Part shown: in pieces, positions 25,010 to 37,800 of the stretch
Layout of the letters: each line of letters starts with the position of its first letter
Numbering within the stretch: the stretch's first letter is position 1
DNA from: Macrostomum lignano
Lineage: Eukaryota
DNA length: 64,000 nt
Assembly: GCA_002269645.1 (NCBI GenBank)
Contig: NIVC01003208.1
Location: 1 to 64,000, forward strand
Direction of reading: 5' to 3'
Position numbers and translations under genes: made by a program
The notes under the pieces: generated by a model
Told to the model about the DNA's origin: nothing
Databases searched by the model: none
The model's input: the letters and a program-made list of their open reading frames with translations, nothing else

Positions 25010-25345
25010 CATGTCCGTCTCCGCCTGTCCGCCATGCCCCAACCTGTCCGTCTCCGCCTGTCCGCCATGCCCCAACCTGTCTGTCTCCGCCTGTCCGCCA
25101 TGCCCCAACCTGTCCGTCTCCGCCTGTCCGCCATGCCCCAACCTGTCTGTCTCCGCCTGTCCGCCATGCCCCAACCTGTCCGTCTCCGCCTGTCCGCCAT
25201 GCCCCAACCTGTCCGTCTCCGCCTGTCCGCCATGCCCCAACCTGTCTGTCTCTGCCTGTCCGCCATGCCCCAACCTGTCTGTCTCCGCCTGTCCGCCATG
25301 CCCCAACCTGTCTGTCTCCGCCTGTCCGCCATGCCCCAACCTGTC
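25010..25345. repeat. 33-bp minisatellite downstream of CK1a
   Basis: Unit CCGCCTGTCCGCCATGCCCCAACCTGTC(C/T)GTCT. Confidence 0.95.
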
Positions 25346-25809
25346 TATTTGTGCAGCACCAGTTAAATAGGCTGATTCGCGCTACCTTTATTTGCTTATT
25401 ACAATATATCTATTTACCTGTGTATTTATCCGTGTTGCTGCCTGTTGGATGTTTGCTAATTTAATTACAATTTTAATAGTAAAATTAGAAATGCAAAATA
25501 AGTGGCGCTATCGCAGCATGCTACTGGCCAGTAGGCGGCAGCGAGTTCTGCTACAATTTAATTATTATGAAGCCTCCCAGATGTAAATTGAATTCCCTGT
25601 GCCGGGCCGTCTGAATTCGATGTTGGCCGCCGTTTAGCTTGGGTTTGGCAGGCCCCAGCGCAGCCTGAATTGCATAAACAGTAGCTGTAATCACAATTAT
25701 AATAATAACCATCGCTTTGCGATTGTGCGGCGGTAATTATCACCTGCTCAAATGGCCGATGGGCTGCTCTGGCTTGTCCAATTTCGCTTATTTATTTCCA
25801 AAACTGGAC

Positions 25810-26778
25810 TGCAGCCTATTGCAGTGGCAACTGCTATTGTTTCTCACACTAGCAGTCTATTGCAGTGGCAATTGTGATTGGTTCTGACACTAGCAGCCTA
25901 TTGCAGTGGCAATTGTGATTGGTTCTGACACTAGCAGCCTATTGCAGTGGCAATTGTGATTGGTTCTGACACTAGCAGTCTATTGCAGTGGCAATTGTGA
26001 TTGGTTGTGACACTAGCAGCCTATTGCAGTGGCAATTGTGATTGGTTCTGACACTAGCAGTCTATTGCAGTGGCAATTGTGATTGGTTGTGACACTAGCA
26101 GTCTATTGCAGTGGCAATTGTGATTGGTTGTGACACTAGCAGCCTATTGCAGTGGCAATTGTGATTGGTTGTGACACTAGCAGCCTATTGCAGTGGCAAT
26201 TGTGATTAGTTCTGACACTAGCAGCCTATTGCAGTGGCAATTGTGATTGGTTCTGACACTAGCAGTCTATTGCAGTGGCAATTGTGATTGGTTCTGACAC
26301 TAGCAGCCTATTGCAGTGGCAATTGTGATTGGTTGTGACACTAGCAGCCTATTGCAGTGGCAATTGTGATTGGTTGTGACACTAGCAGCCTATTGCAGTG
26401 GCAATTGTGATTGGTTCTGACACTAGCAGCCTATTGCAGTGGCAATTGTGATTGGTTGTGACACTAGCAGCCTATTGCAGTGGCAATTGTGATTAGTTCT
26501 GACACTAGCAGCCTATTGCAGTGGCAATTGTGATTGGTTCTGACACTAGCAGCCTATTGCAGTGGCAATTGTGATTGGTTCTGACACTAGCAGCCTATTG
26601 CAGTGGCAATTGTGATTGGTTCTGACACTAGCAGCCTATTGCAGTGGCAATTGTGATTGGTTCTGACACTAGCAGTCTATTGCAGTGGCAATGGAGGTGG
26701 TTGGTTCTGACACTAGCAGCCTATTGCAGTGGCAATTGTGATTTGTTCTGACACTAGCAGCCTATTGCAGTGGCAATG
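25810..26778. repeat. 41-bp minisatellite
   Basis: Unit GCAGCCTATTGCAGTGGCAATTGTGATTGGTTCTGACACTA. Confidence 0.95.
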
Positions 26779-28004
26779 GAGAAATGACGACTGAAGATAA
26801 AATTTCATGAAACTTCTTTTTTCTATTTATCGTGTCGCCAGTTAGGGCCCGATGTGACAATTAAGGACAGAAAAACTACAAGTAGTGCGAACGCGCATCG
26901 TCGCTATTATTGAGAAAAGGGAGACATTTGTGTGAATGGCCTACTGTACAATCAACGCACGCGAAGTTGAAGCAGGCAGCAAAAAGTGGGTGTCGAGTTA
27001 GCCTGGGGGATTTGCCGCTCCCAGCCAAAAATTGGCCAGTTTGTTGTGGCAAGGAAAGCTGAGGAATTGCTTTTGGCTCAAATCCAGATCCCCTAAGCCG
27101 CGGCCCACCGACAGAACTGGCTGCGAGACCCACTATTTATGCCTTACCGGTCTGCATTGGTGCAACTTAACTGATGCGTATGCTTAAAATAAGCCATTGC
27201 GTGCATACTACTCTACTAGTGTAAGTAGAAATATTAAACCATTGCGTATTTTCACTGTAAAAAAGCTGAAAATTGTAGCACATCATGTAGGCAATTCCCA
27301 ATGAACGAAATTGCGGCTGGTTCTGACTGCAGATTATCAGCTTCAATCTACAAGGCCGCTCCTGGCTCATCAGTTCTTAAAATTTTTTCCTGATCCTCTT
27401 GGTCCGCAGCCCACCAGTGGAAGCCGGCATCACGAACTGGTGGTTGAATTTCACGCAGTAAACTCGCTACATGTAAGTGTACTACTCAGTACAGAATTAC
27501 TCGTAATGAATCTCTATTCTTTAAATGAATCATTAATCATCTCTGCTGCATGACAGTTGCATGATATGTCTCTTGTCCATGCAGTCTCATATTGCATACA
27601 GAATCCCATGTGAGGAATTCGATAGTCAAATTTGTCTATGTTTGACAATCGAGACTCAATCAGAGCTCAATGTTGAATTTTCCTGCATTGAGTTCTGCCA
27701 ATCTTTATCAGGACACAAATTTAACTTGAGTTCTCGCTTCAGTGAGCAGCTCAGTCCTTTGCGTAAATAATCTGACGAACTCGACGGCATCAGGTGAGTT
27801 TTATTGATAATTTTGTTTCCGGAGTGCGGCTCATTAACATAAAAATGTAATTATGGCCAAAATACATTTAACTTGCATGTGAATGATAAGCCAGTTAGCC
27901 AACCTGCAACCACCTGCCAATCAATAATTCATAATGCATTCTTTAAACCCGAGTCCATCAAAAACGTCTTAATTAAATGATGATAATTCAGCACAAGGCT
28001 TCCA

Positions 28005-28650
28005 CCATGACACACATGGCTTCTCTATGACACACATGGCTTCTCTATGACACACATGGCTTCTCTATGACACGCATGGCTTCTCTATGACACACATGGC
28101 TTCTCTATGACACGCATGGCTTCTCTATGACACACATGGCTTCTCTATGACACGCATGGCTTCTCTATGACACACATGGCTTCTCTATGACACGCATGGC
28201 TTCTCTATGACACACATGGCTTCTCTATGACACGCATGGCTTCTCTATGACACACATGGCTTCTCTATGACACACATGGCTTCTCTATGACACGCATGGC
28301 TTCTCTATGACACGCATGGCTTCTCTATGACACGCATGGCTTCTCTATGACACACATGGCTTCTCTATGACACGCATGGCTTCTCTATGACACACATGGC
28401 TTCTCTATGACACGCATGGCTTCTCTATGACACACATGGCTTCTCTATGACACACATGGCTTCTCTATGACACACATGGCTTCTCTATGACACGCATGGC
28501 TTCTCTATGACACGCATGGCTTCTCTATGACACACATGGCTTCTCTATGACACACATGGCTTCTCTATGACACGCATGGCTTCTCTATGACACGCATGGC
28601 TTCTCTATGACACACATGGCTTCTCTATGACACACATGGCTTCTCTATGA
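28005..28650. repeat. 20-bp minisatellite
   Basis: Unit TTCTCTATGACAC(A/G)CATGGC. Confidence 0.95.
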
Positions 28651-28749
28651 CACACACGGCTGCCCCCATGACACACGGCGTCCTCTATGACACGCGGCTC
28701 CCTCCATGACACACGTACACGGCCTCTTCTATGACATACACGGCCTCTT

Positions 28750-29785
28750 TTATGCCACACATGGCCTTCTATATGACAGAAACTTCTATGCCACACATGG
28801 CCTTCTATATGACAGAAACTTCTATGCCACACATGGCCTTCTCTATGACAGAAACTTCTATGCCACACATGGCCTTCTCTATGACAGAAACTTCTATGCC
28901 ACACATGGCCTTCTATATGACAGAAACTTCTATGCCACACATGGCCTTCTATATGACAGAAACTTCTATGCCACACATGGCCTTCTATATGACAGAAACT
29001 TCTATGCCACACATGACCTTCTATATGACAGAAACTTCTATGCCACACATGGCCTTCTATATGACAGAAACTTCTATGCCACACATGGCCTTCTATATGA
29101 CAGAAACTTCTATGCCACACATGACCTTCTATATGACAGAAACTTCTATGCCACACACGGCCTTCTATATGACAGAAACTTCTATGCCACACACGGCCTT
29201 CTATATGACAGAAACTTCTATGCCACACATGGCCTTCTATATGACAGAAACTTCTATGCCACACATGGCCTTCTATATGACAGAAACTTCTATGCCACAC
29301 ATGACCTTCTATATGACAGAAACTTCTATGCCACACACGGCCTTCTATATGACAGAAACTTCTATGCCACACATGGCCTTCTATATGACAGAAACTTCTA
29401 TGCCACACATGGCCTTCTATATGACAGAAACTTCTATGCCACACACGGCCTTCTATATGACAGAAACTTCTATGCCACACATGGCCTTCTATATGACAGA
29501 AACTTCTATGCCACACATGGCCTTCTATATGACAGAAACTTCTATGCCACACACGGCCTTCTATATGACAGAAACTTCTATGCCACACACGGCCTTCTAT
29601 ATGACAGAAACTTCTATGCCACACATGGCCTTCTATATGACAGAAACTTCTATGCCACACATGGCCTTCTCTATGACAGAAACTTCTATGCCACACACGG
29701 CCTTCTATATGACAGAAACTTCTATGCCACACATGGCCTTCTCTATGACAGAAACTTCTATGCCACACACGGCCTTCTATATGAC
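28750..29785. repeat. 36-bp minisatellite related to the adjacent 20-mer
   Basis: Unit TTCTATATGACAGAAACTTCTATGCCACACATGGCC. Confidence 0.95.
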
Positions 29786-30125
29786 ACACACGGCTCTATA
29801 ACACAAACGGTCCTCTATGACACACACGGCTCTATAACACAAACGGTCCTCTATGACACACACGGCTCTATAACACAAACGCTCCTCTATGACACACACG
29901 GCTCCCCCAATGACGCATACGGCTCCTCTAAGACACGCAGGTCCTCCATAACACATGCGGCTCCCACCATAGCACACAGCCTCTTCTATGCCCACTCTGA
30001 CACTATGCCCTCTCACACTGCCCCCGCTATGACTCACACTGCCCCGCTATGACTCACCCTTCTCGCTCTGTTACTCAAACGGCTGCCACCATGACGCTCG
30101 CAGCCCGCGATCCCCCAAGCCAGGC

Positions 30126-32763
30126 ATGTCGGGCGGCTCCCTCCAGGGCGGCCAGTCCAGAAGCGGTTCGGCCTCGACGTCGCTCGGTGGTGCCGACACC
30201 AGCGCCGACAACGGCGAGGACGGCGGCGGCGGCGGTGGCAGTAGCGGCCATCCCACCGGCATTCGTCGAGTCGGCCGGCACCAGAAGGTGCGCCTCTGGC
30301 TCAGCAACTTCTGCGACAGCCGGAGTCTCTCGAAGTCGGCGCCCTCGGCTTCCATGGCCTTGGCGGACTCGAACTCGCTGATCACCTGGCGCCGGCTGGG
30401 CCTGCGAAGCGCCGGGGCCCAGGCCTTCGACGACAGCGGCACCTTCTCGGCCGACTCTGGCGCCTTTGCTGGTGATTCACCATTCATCAACATTTATTAT
30501 ACCATTCACCATTATTCATCAACATTCACTATCGTTCACCAATATTCACCATAATTCACTAATATTTACCATAATTCACCAATTCACTATTCAGTGTCAT
30601 TCATAATCATTCATTACCATTCATTGTCATTCACCACCATTCACCACCATTCAAAACCATTCACCACCATTCACTACCATTCACTACCATTCAGTACTAT
30701 TCACAACCATTCACTACCATTCAAAACCATTCACCACCATTCACTACCATTCACTACCATTCACAACCATTCAACACCATTCAAAACCATTCACAACTAT
30801 TCACAACCATTCACCACCATTCACCACCATTCAAAACCATTCACAACCATTCACCACCATTCACCACCATTCACCACCATTCAAAACCATTCACCACCAT
30901 TCACCACCATTCACCACCATTCACCACCATTCACCACCATTCAAAACCATTCACCACCATTCACCACCATTCACCACCATTCACCACCATTCACCACCAT
31001 TCACCACCATTCACCACCATTCACCACCATTCACCACCATTCACCACCATTCACCACCATTCACCACCATTCACCACCATTCACTACCATTCACTACCAT
31101 TCACAACTATTCACAACCATTCAAAACCATTCACCACCATTCACTACCATTCACCACCATTCACCACCATTCACCACCATTCACCACCATTCACCACCAT
31201 TCACCACCATTCACAACCATTCACTACCATGCAACCCCGCCGACTCCCCGAGCCCCGCAGACTCGCAGCAGCCGCGGTCCCGCTGCTCAACTGTCCGAAG
31301 CAGCCTGCAGCTGCGCAGGCCCAGCGCCGCGAACCCCAGAAGCCCGAGGTCGGTGAGTGGCCGCACTGGCTGAGACTCCAACTCGATTCCGCTGACGTGG
31401 CGAATCCCAAATTTTTCTCTCTGCTTTCAGTCAACCAGCAACTTGACTGCCAGGGGCTCGGCCTGTGAGTATTTTACTAGACTAAAGCTGACGCAGGTTT
31501 CAAACCTGAAAGCCTTTGAAAACTTCAGGAGTTTCAGACACTTCAAGATCTGCAAAGTGTGAGCTTTGTGTGCCTTTTTGTCAACATTTCAGCCGCTCGA
31601 ACCTCCTTGAACCGGCTGCTGCTGAACCGGCTGAGTCTGCTGAGCAACTCGACACCCACCCCAGAGCTGGGAGGTCAGCATCCCCCCCCTGCTTCAGTGT
31701 GCCGTTGTCCTCAGTAGGACTGTGACTGACTGAATGAGCATGCAGTGCAGTGTGCTCACCGTGTGAGAGAGTGCATGCCCCAGAGTGCAGTGCAGTGTGC
31801 TCACCGTGTGAGAGAGTGCATGCCCCAGAGTGCAGTGCAGTGTGCTGACCAGTGTGAGAGAGTACATGCCCCAGAGTGCAGTGCAGTGTGCTCACCCGTG
31901 TGAGAGAGTGCATGCCCCAGAGTGCAGTGCAGTGTGCTCACCGTGTGAGAGAGTGCATGCCCAGAGTGCAGTGCAGTGTGCTCACCAGTGTGAGAGAGTG
32001 CATGCCCCAGAGTGCAGTGCAGTGTGCTCACCAGTGTGAGAGAGTGCATGCCCCAGAGTGCAGTGCAGTGTGCTCACCCGTTTGAGAGAGTGCATGCCCC
32101 AGAGTGCTCACCCGTGAGAGAGTGCATGCCCCAGAGTGCTCACCCGTGAGAGAGTGCATGCCCCAGAGTGCAGTGAGGTGTGCGAGCCAAAAGCAAACAG
32201 TTGCCAGGCAGCTCTCAAATCCGCCGCACCCAGAATGCTACTCGGTGAATTCCGCCGAGGCCGATTGGCTGCGGCACAACTCCGAGCTGACGGCTTCGAG
32301 CGGTGGCAAACGCAGCCGGTCTACGATGCAAAGCGGCGGCACTAATAAAAAATCTGTGAGCAGTGAAAGCCCAGTTTCTGAGATTGTTAACTCGATGCTC
32401 ATTGCTCAATGCTCAGTTCTGTGCTCAATGCTTAGTGCTCAGTGCTCAGTGCTCAGTGCTCAATGCTTAGTGCTCAGTGCTCAATGCTCAGTGCTCAATG
32501 CTTAGTTCTCAGTGCTCAATGCTTAGTGCTCAGTGCTCAGTGCTCAGTGCTCAATGCTTAGTGCTCAGTGCTCAGTGCTCAATGCTCAGTGCTCAATGCT
32601 TAGTTCTCAGTGCTCAATGCTTAGTGCTCAGTTCTCAGTGCTCAATGCTTAGTGCTCAGTGCTCAATGCTTAGTGCTTAGTGCTCAGTGCTCAGTGCTCA
32701 GTTCTCAGTGCTCAATGCTTAGTGCTCAGTTCTCAGTGCTCAATGCTTAGTGCTCAGTGCTCT

Positions 32764-32797
<34 letters not shown>

Positions 32798-34206
32798 TGT
32801 GCTCTGTGCTCAGTGCTCAGTGCTCAGTGCTTAGTTCTCAATGCTTAGTGCTCAATGCTTAGTTCTCAGTTCTCAATGCTTAGTGCTCAATGCTTAGTTC
32901 TCAGTTCTCAATGCTTAGTGCTCAATGCTTAGTTCTCAGTGCTCAATGCTTAGTGCTCAGTGCTCATGCCCGATTCTCAGTGCTTCATACTCCATGCTCA
33001 ATCAATCTTAGTCAGCAAAGCGGTCAACAAATCCGGAGAAGTTGTCCACAGCCGTCCGGGTGGTGAAGCCGTCGGTTGCCTCATCCGGTGAGGACGACGA
33101 CGGCGGAGACGACTCTGGCACCGGCAGCACGCCCGTCAGCGAGGACCTGGTGCGCCACCCGGAGCCGTACCACGTGCGCATCCTGCCAGCTATGTGCTAC
33201 CTGGTGTGGCGGCCCAACATGCTGCGCAGGGAATGCCTCATCGAACGGGGGCAGCGGGCCTACCTTAATGCTCTGCAGCCCAGCTCCCTGCCCATGCAGT
33301 ACCTCATCGCTGCGGTGGCTGCCCGGCTCGACATTGAAGTGCCGCTGTTGGACAGCCAGAGGCCAGGGTATTCCCAGAGGGTGCCCAAGTTCGAATACGT
33401 ATTTCGATGGCACACGCCTAATGGTGGGACTTGAAACATGCATCACAAAGTCCGCATACATGTACGATCGTATCACGGCTCCGCTCTCTCCAACACCCAC
33501 CCTCCGCTCTCCCCAACACCCACCCTCCGCTCTCCCCAACACCCACCCTCCGCTCTCTCCAACACCCACCCTCCGCTCTCCCCAACACCCACCCTCCGCT
33601 CTCCCCAACACCCACCCTCCGCTCTCCCCAACACCCACCCTCCCTCTCCCCAACACCCACCCTCCCCTCTCGCCAACACCCGCCCTCCGCTCTCCCAACA
33701 CCCACCCTCCCCTCTCCCAACACCCACCCTCCCCTCTCCCCAACACCCACCCTCCCCTCTCGCCAACACCCGCCCTCCGCTCTCCCCAACACCCACCCTC
33801 CCCTCTCGCCAACACCCACCCTCCGCTCTCCCCAACACCCACCCTCCGCTCTCCCCAACACCCACCCTCCGCTCTCTTCAACACTCACCCTCCGCTCTCA
33901 CCAACACCCACCCTCCGCTCTCTCCAACACCCACCCTCTGCTCTTCCCAACAGCCACCCTCCGCTCTCTCCAACACCCACCCTCCGCTCTCCCTAATACC
34001 CACCCTCCGCTCTCTCCAACACCCACCCTCCGCTCTCCCTAATACCCACCCTCCGCTCTCCCCAACATCTGCACTCAGGCCAGCGAGTCCAGCTGACCGA
34101 CCGCATCACGGACATTGACCACCCGGCGGGTCAGTCCGGAGATCCGGGATCCCCAGTGCGGGTGTTCATCGCCGGGTCACCTGGCTGGCTGACCAAAGCG
34201 AAGTGA
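30126..34206 (+). CDS. Uncharacterised ~363-aa protein: Ser/Gly-rich N-terminus, globular-looking C-terminal ~140 aa
   Basis: Exons 30126-30471, 31269-31352, 32234-32355, 33012-33423, 34079-34206 join in frame with GT-AG sites and end ...PVRVFIAGSPGWLTKAK*. GC-rich unique islands between arrays. Exon 2 acceptor (31261 vs 31269) and the true start are uncertain. Confidence 0.6.
30480..31230. repeat. 10-bp minisatellite (TCACCACCAT)n in an intron
   Basis: Direct reading; degenerate at the left end. Confidence 0.95.
31740..32175. repeat. ~46-bp minisatellite in an intron
   Basis: GAGTGCAGTGCAGTGTGCTCACCAGTGTGAGAGAGTGCATGCCCCA-type units. Confidence 0.9.
32395..33000. repeat. 7-bp array (TGCTCAG/TGCTCAA/TGCTTAG/TTCTCAG) in an intron
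   Basis: Direct reading. Confidence 0.9.
33480..34068. repeat. 23-bp C-rich minisatellite in an intron
   Basis: Unit CTCCCCAACACCCACCCTCCGCT. Confidence 0.9.
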
Positions 34207-34859
34207 GCTGCCCCAGAGACCGGCTGTCCGAGCGGGATCAGCCGGCCAGTTTTACTCTGAGAAGTTCGCAGCGTACTTGCTGCACGAGACAGTTATTGGT
34301 TTGCAGCGAGAGCGGATTGGTTTTTATTTCCAGTAACTATTCAAATACACCTAGCCTAGAGTAGTGAACCGAGATGCCCAGTTTTTCCTTAAACTGGATC
34401 AAGGCGTACTTTTATTACGACGCAGTCGTATATTAAATTTTTCCATCTTAAGTACATGGTAGATCATTTAGCCAACTAGCAAGATTTATAAACAAAGTCT
34501 TGCGCAATACAGGATGAGTGCACATTTTTAAGGGGAATGTTACACCTTTACACAATACTCAAAAACTACTGCCACTCGGCCGATCCACCTAGCAGCCCAG
34601 GTGTCAAGGTGTGGAATCAGTCAAGCTCATCGGGAATCGCTGCGGGATGACGCTGCCTTGATCTGCAAACCAGCAACGGTCACACCGTGGCTGACTACGC
34701 CGCTGAGAACAGGCAAAGGCGGGAGCTGCTGGCCGGGATGCGAGACACGATCAGGCGTTAAGCTCTGCTCGGTACACCGAATGCAACTGCTACTCCAACA
34801 ACTGCTTGCTTCTTCTATAGCAAAAAGATTTCTGCGAAACTTATACTTAAATCGCTACA

Positions 34860-37800
34860 GAGACCTCAGCATGGATATAGAGTTCTCACATGAGACCTCA
34901 GTTCACATGAGACCTCAGTTCACCAGAGACCTCAGTTCACCAGAGACCTCAGTTCACATGAGACCTCAGTTCACCAGAGACCTCAGTTCACATGAGACCT
35001 CAGTTCACATGAGACCTCAGTTCACATGAGACCTCAGTTCACCAGAGACCTCAGTTCACATGAGACCTCAGTTCACCAGAGACCTCAGTTCACATGAGAC
35101 CTCAGTTCACATGAGACCTCAGTTCACATGAGACCTCAGTTCACATGAGACCTCAGTTCACCAGAGACCTCAGTTCACCAGAGACCTCAGTTCACATGAG
35201 ACCTCAGTTCACCAGAGACCTCAGCATGGATATAGAGTTCTCACATGAGACCTCAGTTCACATGAGACCTCAGTTCACCAGAGACCTCAGTTCACATGAG
35301 ACCTCAGTTCACCAGAGACCTCAGTTCACATGAGACCTCAGTTCACATGAGACCTCAGTTCACATGAGACCTCAGTTCACCAGAGACCTCAGTTCACATG
35401 AGACCTCAGTTCACCAGAGACCTCAGTTCACATGAGACCTCAGTTCACATGAGACCTCAGTTCACATGAGACCTCAGTTCACCAGAGACCTCAGTTCACA
35501 TGAGACCTCAGTTCACCAGAGACCTCAGTTCACATGAGACCTCAGTTCACCAGAGACCTCAGCATGGATATAGAGTTCTCACATGAGACCTCAGTTCACA
35601 TGAGACCTCAGTTCACATGAGACCTCAGTTCACATGAGACCTCAGTTCACATGAGACCTCAGTTCACCAGAGACCTCAGTTCACCAGAGACCTCAGCATG
35701 GATATAGAGTTCTCACATGAGACCTCAGTTCACATGAGACCTCAGTTCACCAGAGACCTCAGTTCACATGAGACCTCAGTTCACATGAGACCTCAGTTCA
35801 CATGAGACCTCAGTTCACCAGAGACCTCAGTTCACCAGAGACCTCAGCATGGATATAGAGTTCTCACATGAGACCTCAGTTCACATGAGACCTCAGTTCA
35901 CCAGAGACCTCAGTTCACATGAGACCTCAGTTCACCAGAGACCTCAGTTCACATGAGACCTCAGTTCACATGAGACCTCAGTTCACATGAGACCTCAGTT
36001 CACCAGAGACCTCAGTTCACATGAGACCTCAGTTCACCAGAGACCTCAGCATGGATATAGAGTTCTCACATGAGACCTCAGTTCACATGAGACCTCAGTT
36101 CACCAGAGACCTCAGTTCACATGAGACCTCAGTTCACATGAGACCTCAGTTCACCAGAGACCTCAGTTCACATGAGACCTCAGTTCACATGAGACCTCAG
36201 TTCACCAGAGACCTCAGTTCACCAGAGACCTCAGTTCACCAGAGACCTCAGTTCACATGAGACCTCAGTTCACCAGAGACCTCAGTTCACATGAGACCTC
36301 AGTTCACATGAGACCTCAGTTCACATGAGACCTCAGTTCACATGAGACCTCAGTTCACAGAGACCTCAGTTCACCAGAGACCTCAGTTCACATGAGACCT
36401 CAGTTCACCAGAGACCTCAGCATGGATATAGAGTTCTCACATGAGACCTCAGTTCACATGAGACCTCAGTTCACCAGAGACCTCAGTTCACATGAGACCT
36501 CAGTTCACCAGAGACCTCAGTTCACATGAGACCTCAGTTCACATGAGACCTCAGTTCACATGAGACCTCAGTTCACCAGAGACCTCAGTTCACATGAGAC
36601 CTCAGTTCACCAGAGACCTCAGCATGGATATAGAGTTCTCACATGAGACCTCAGTTCACATGAGACCTCAGTTCACCAGAGACCTCAGTTCACATGAGAC
36701 CTCAGTTCACATGAGACCTCAGTTCACATGAGACCTCAGTTCACATGAGACCTCAGTTCACAGAGACCTCAGTTCACCAGAGACCTCAGTTCACAGAGAC
36801 CTCAGTTCACCAGAGACCTCAGCATGGATATAGAGTTCTCACATGAGACCTCAGTTCACATGAGACCTCAGTTCACCAGAGACCTCAGTTCACATGAGAC
36901 CTCAGTTCACCAGAGACCTCAGTTCACATGAGACCTCAGTTCACATGAGACCTCAGTTCACATGAGACCTCAGTTCACCAGAGACCTCAGTTCACATGAG
37001 ACCTCAGTTCACCAGAGACCTCAGCATGGAATAGAGTTCTCACATGAGACCTCAGTTCACATGAGACCTCAGTTCACCAGAGACCTCAGTTCACATGAGA
37101 CCTCAGTTCACCAGAGACCTCAGTTCACCAGAGACCTCAGTTCACATGAGACCTCAGTTCACATGAGACCTCAGTTCACATGAGACCTCAGTTCACCAGA
37201 GACCTCAGTTCACATGAGACCTCAGTTCACCAGAGACCTCAGTTCACATGAGACCTCAGTTCACCAGAGACCTCAGCATGGATATAGAGTTCTCACATGA
37301 GACCTCAGTTCACATGAGACCTCAGTTCACCAGAGACCTCAGTTCACATGAGACCTCAGTTCACCAGAGACCTCAGTTCACATGAGACCTCAGTTCACCA
37401 GAGACCTCAGCATGGATATAGAGTTCTCACATGAGACCTCAGTTCACATGAGACCTCAGTTCACATGAGACCTCAGTTCACAGAGACCTCAGTTCACATG
37501 AGACCTCAGTTCACCAGAGACCTCAGTTCACCAGAGACCTCAGCATGGATATAGAGTTCTCACATGAGACCTCAGTTCACATGAGACCTCAGTTCACCAG
37601 AGACCTCAGTTCACATGAGACCTCAGTTCACCAGAGACCTCAGTTCACATGAGACCTCAGTTCACCAGAGACCTCAGCATGGATATAGAGTTCTCACATG
37701 AGACCTCAGTTCACATGAGACCTCAGTTCACCAGAGACCTCAGTTCACATGAGACCTCAGTTCACCAGAGACCTCAGTTCACCAGAGACCTCAGTTCACC

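Noticed and set aside
28605-30052. Long His/Met-rich ORFs (metal-binding-like repeats)
   Set aside because: Three frames of one 36-bp array are open at once; near-identical units without third-position bias.
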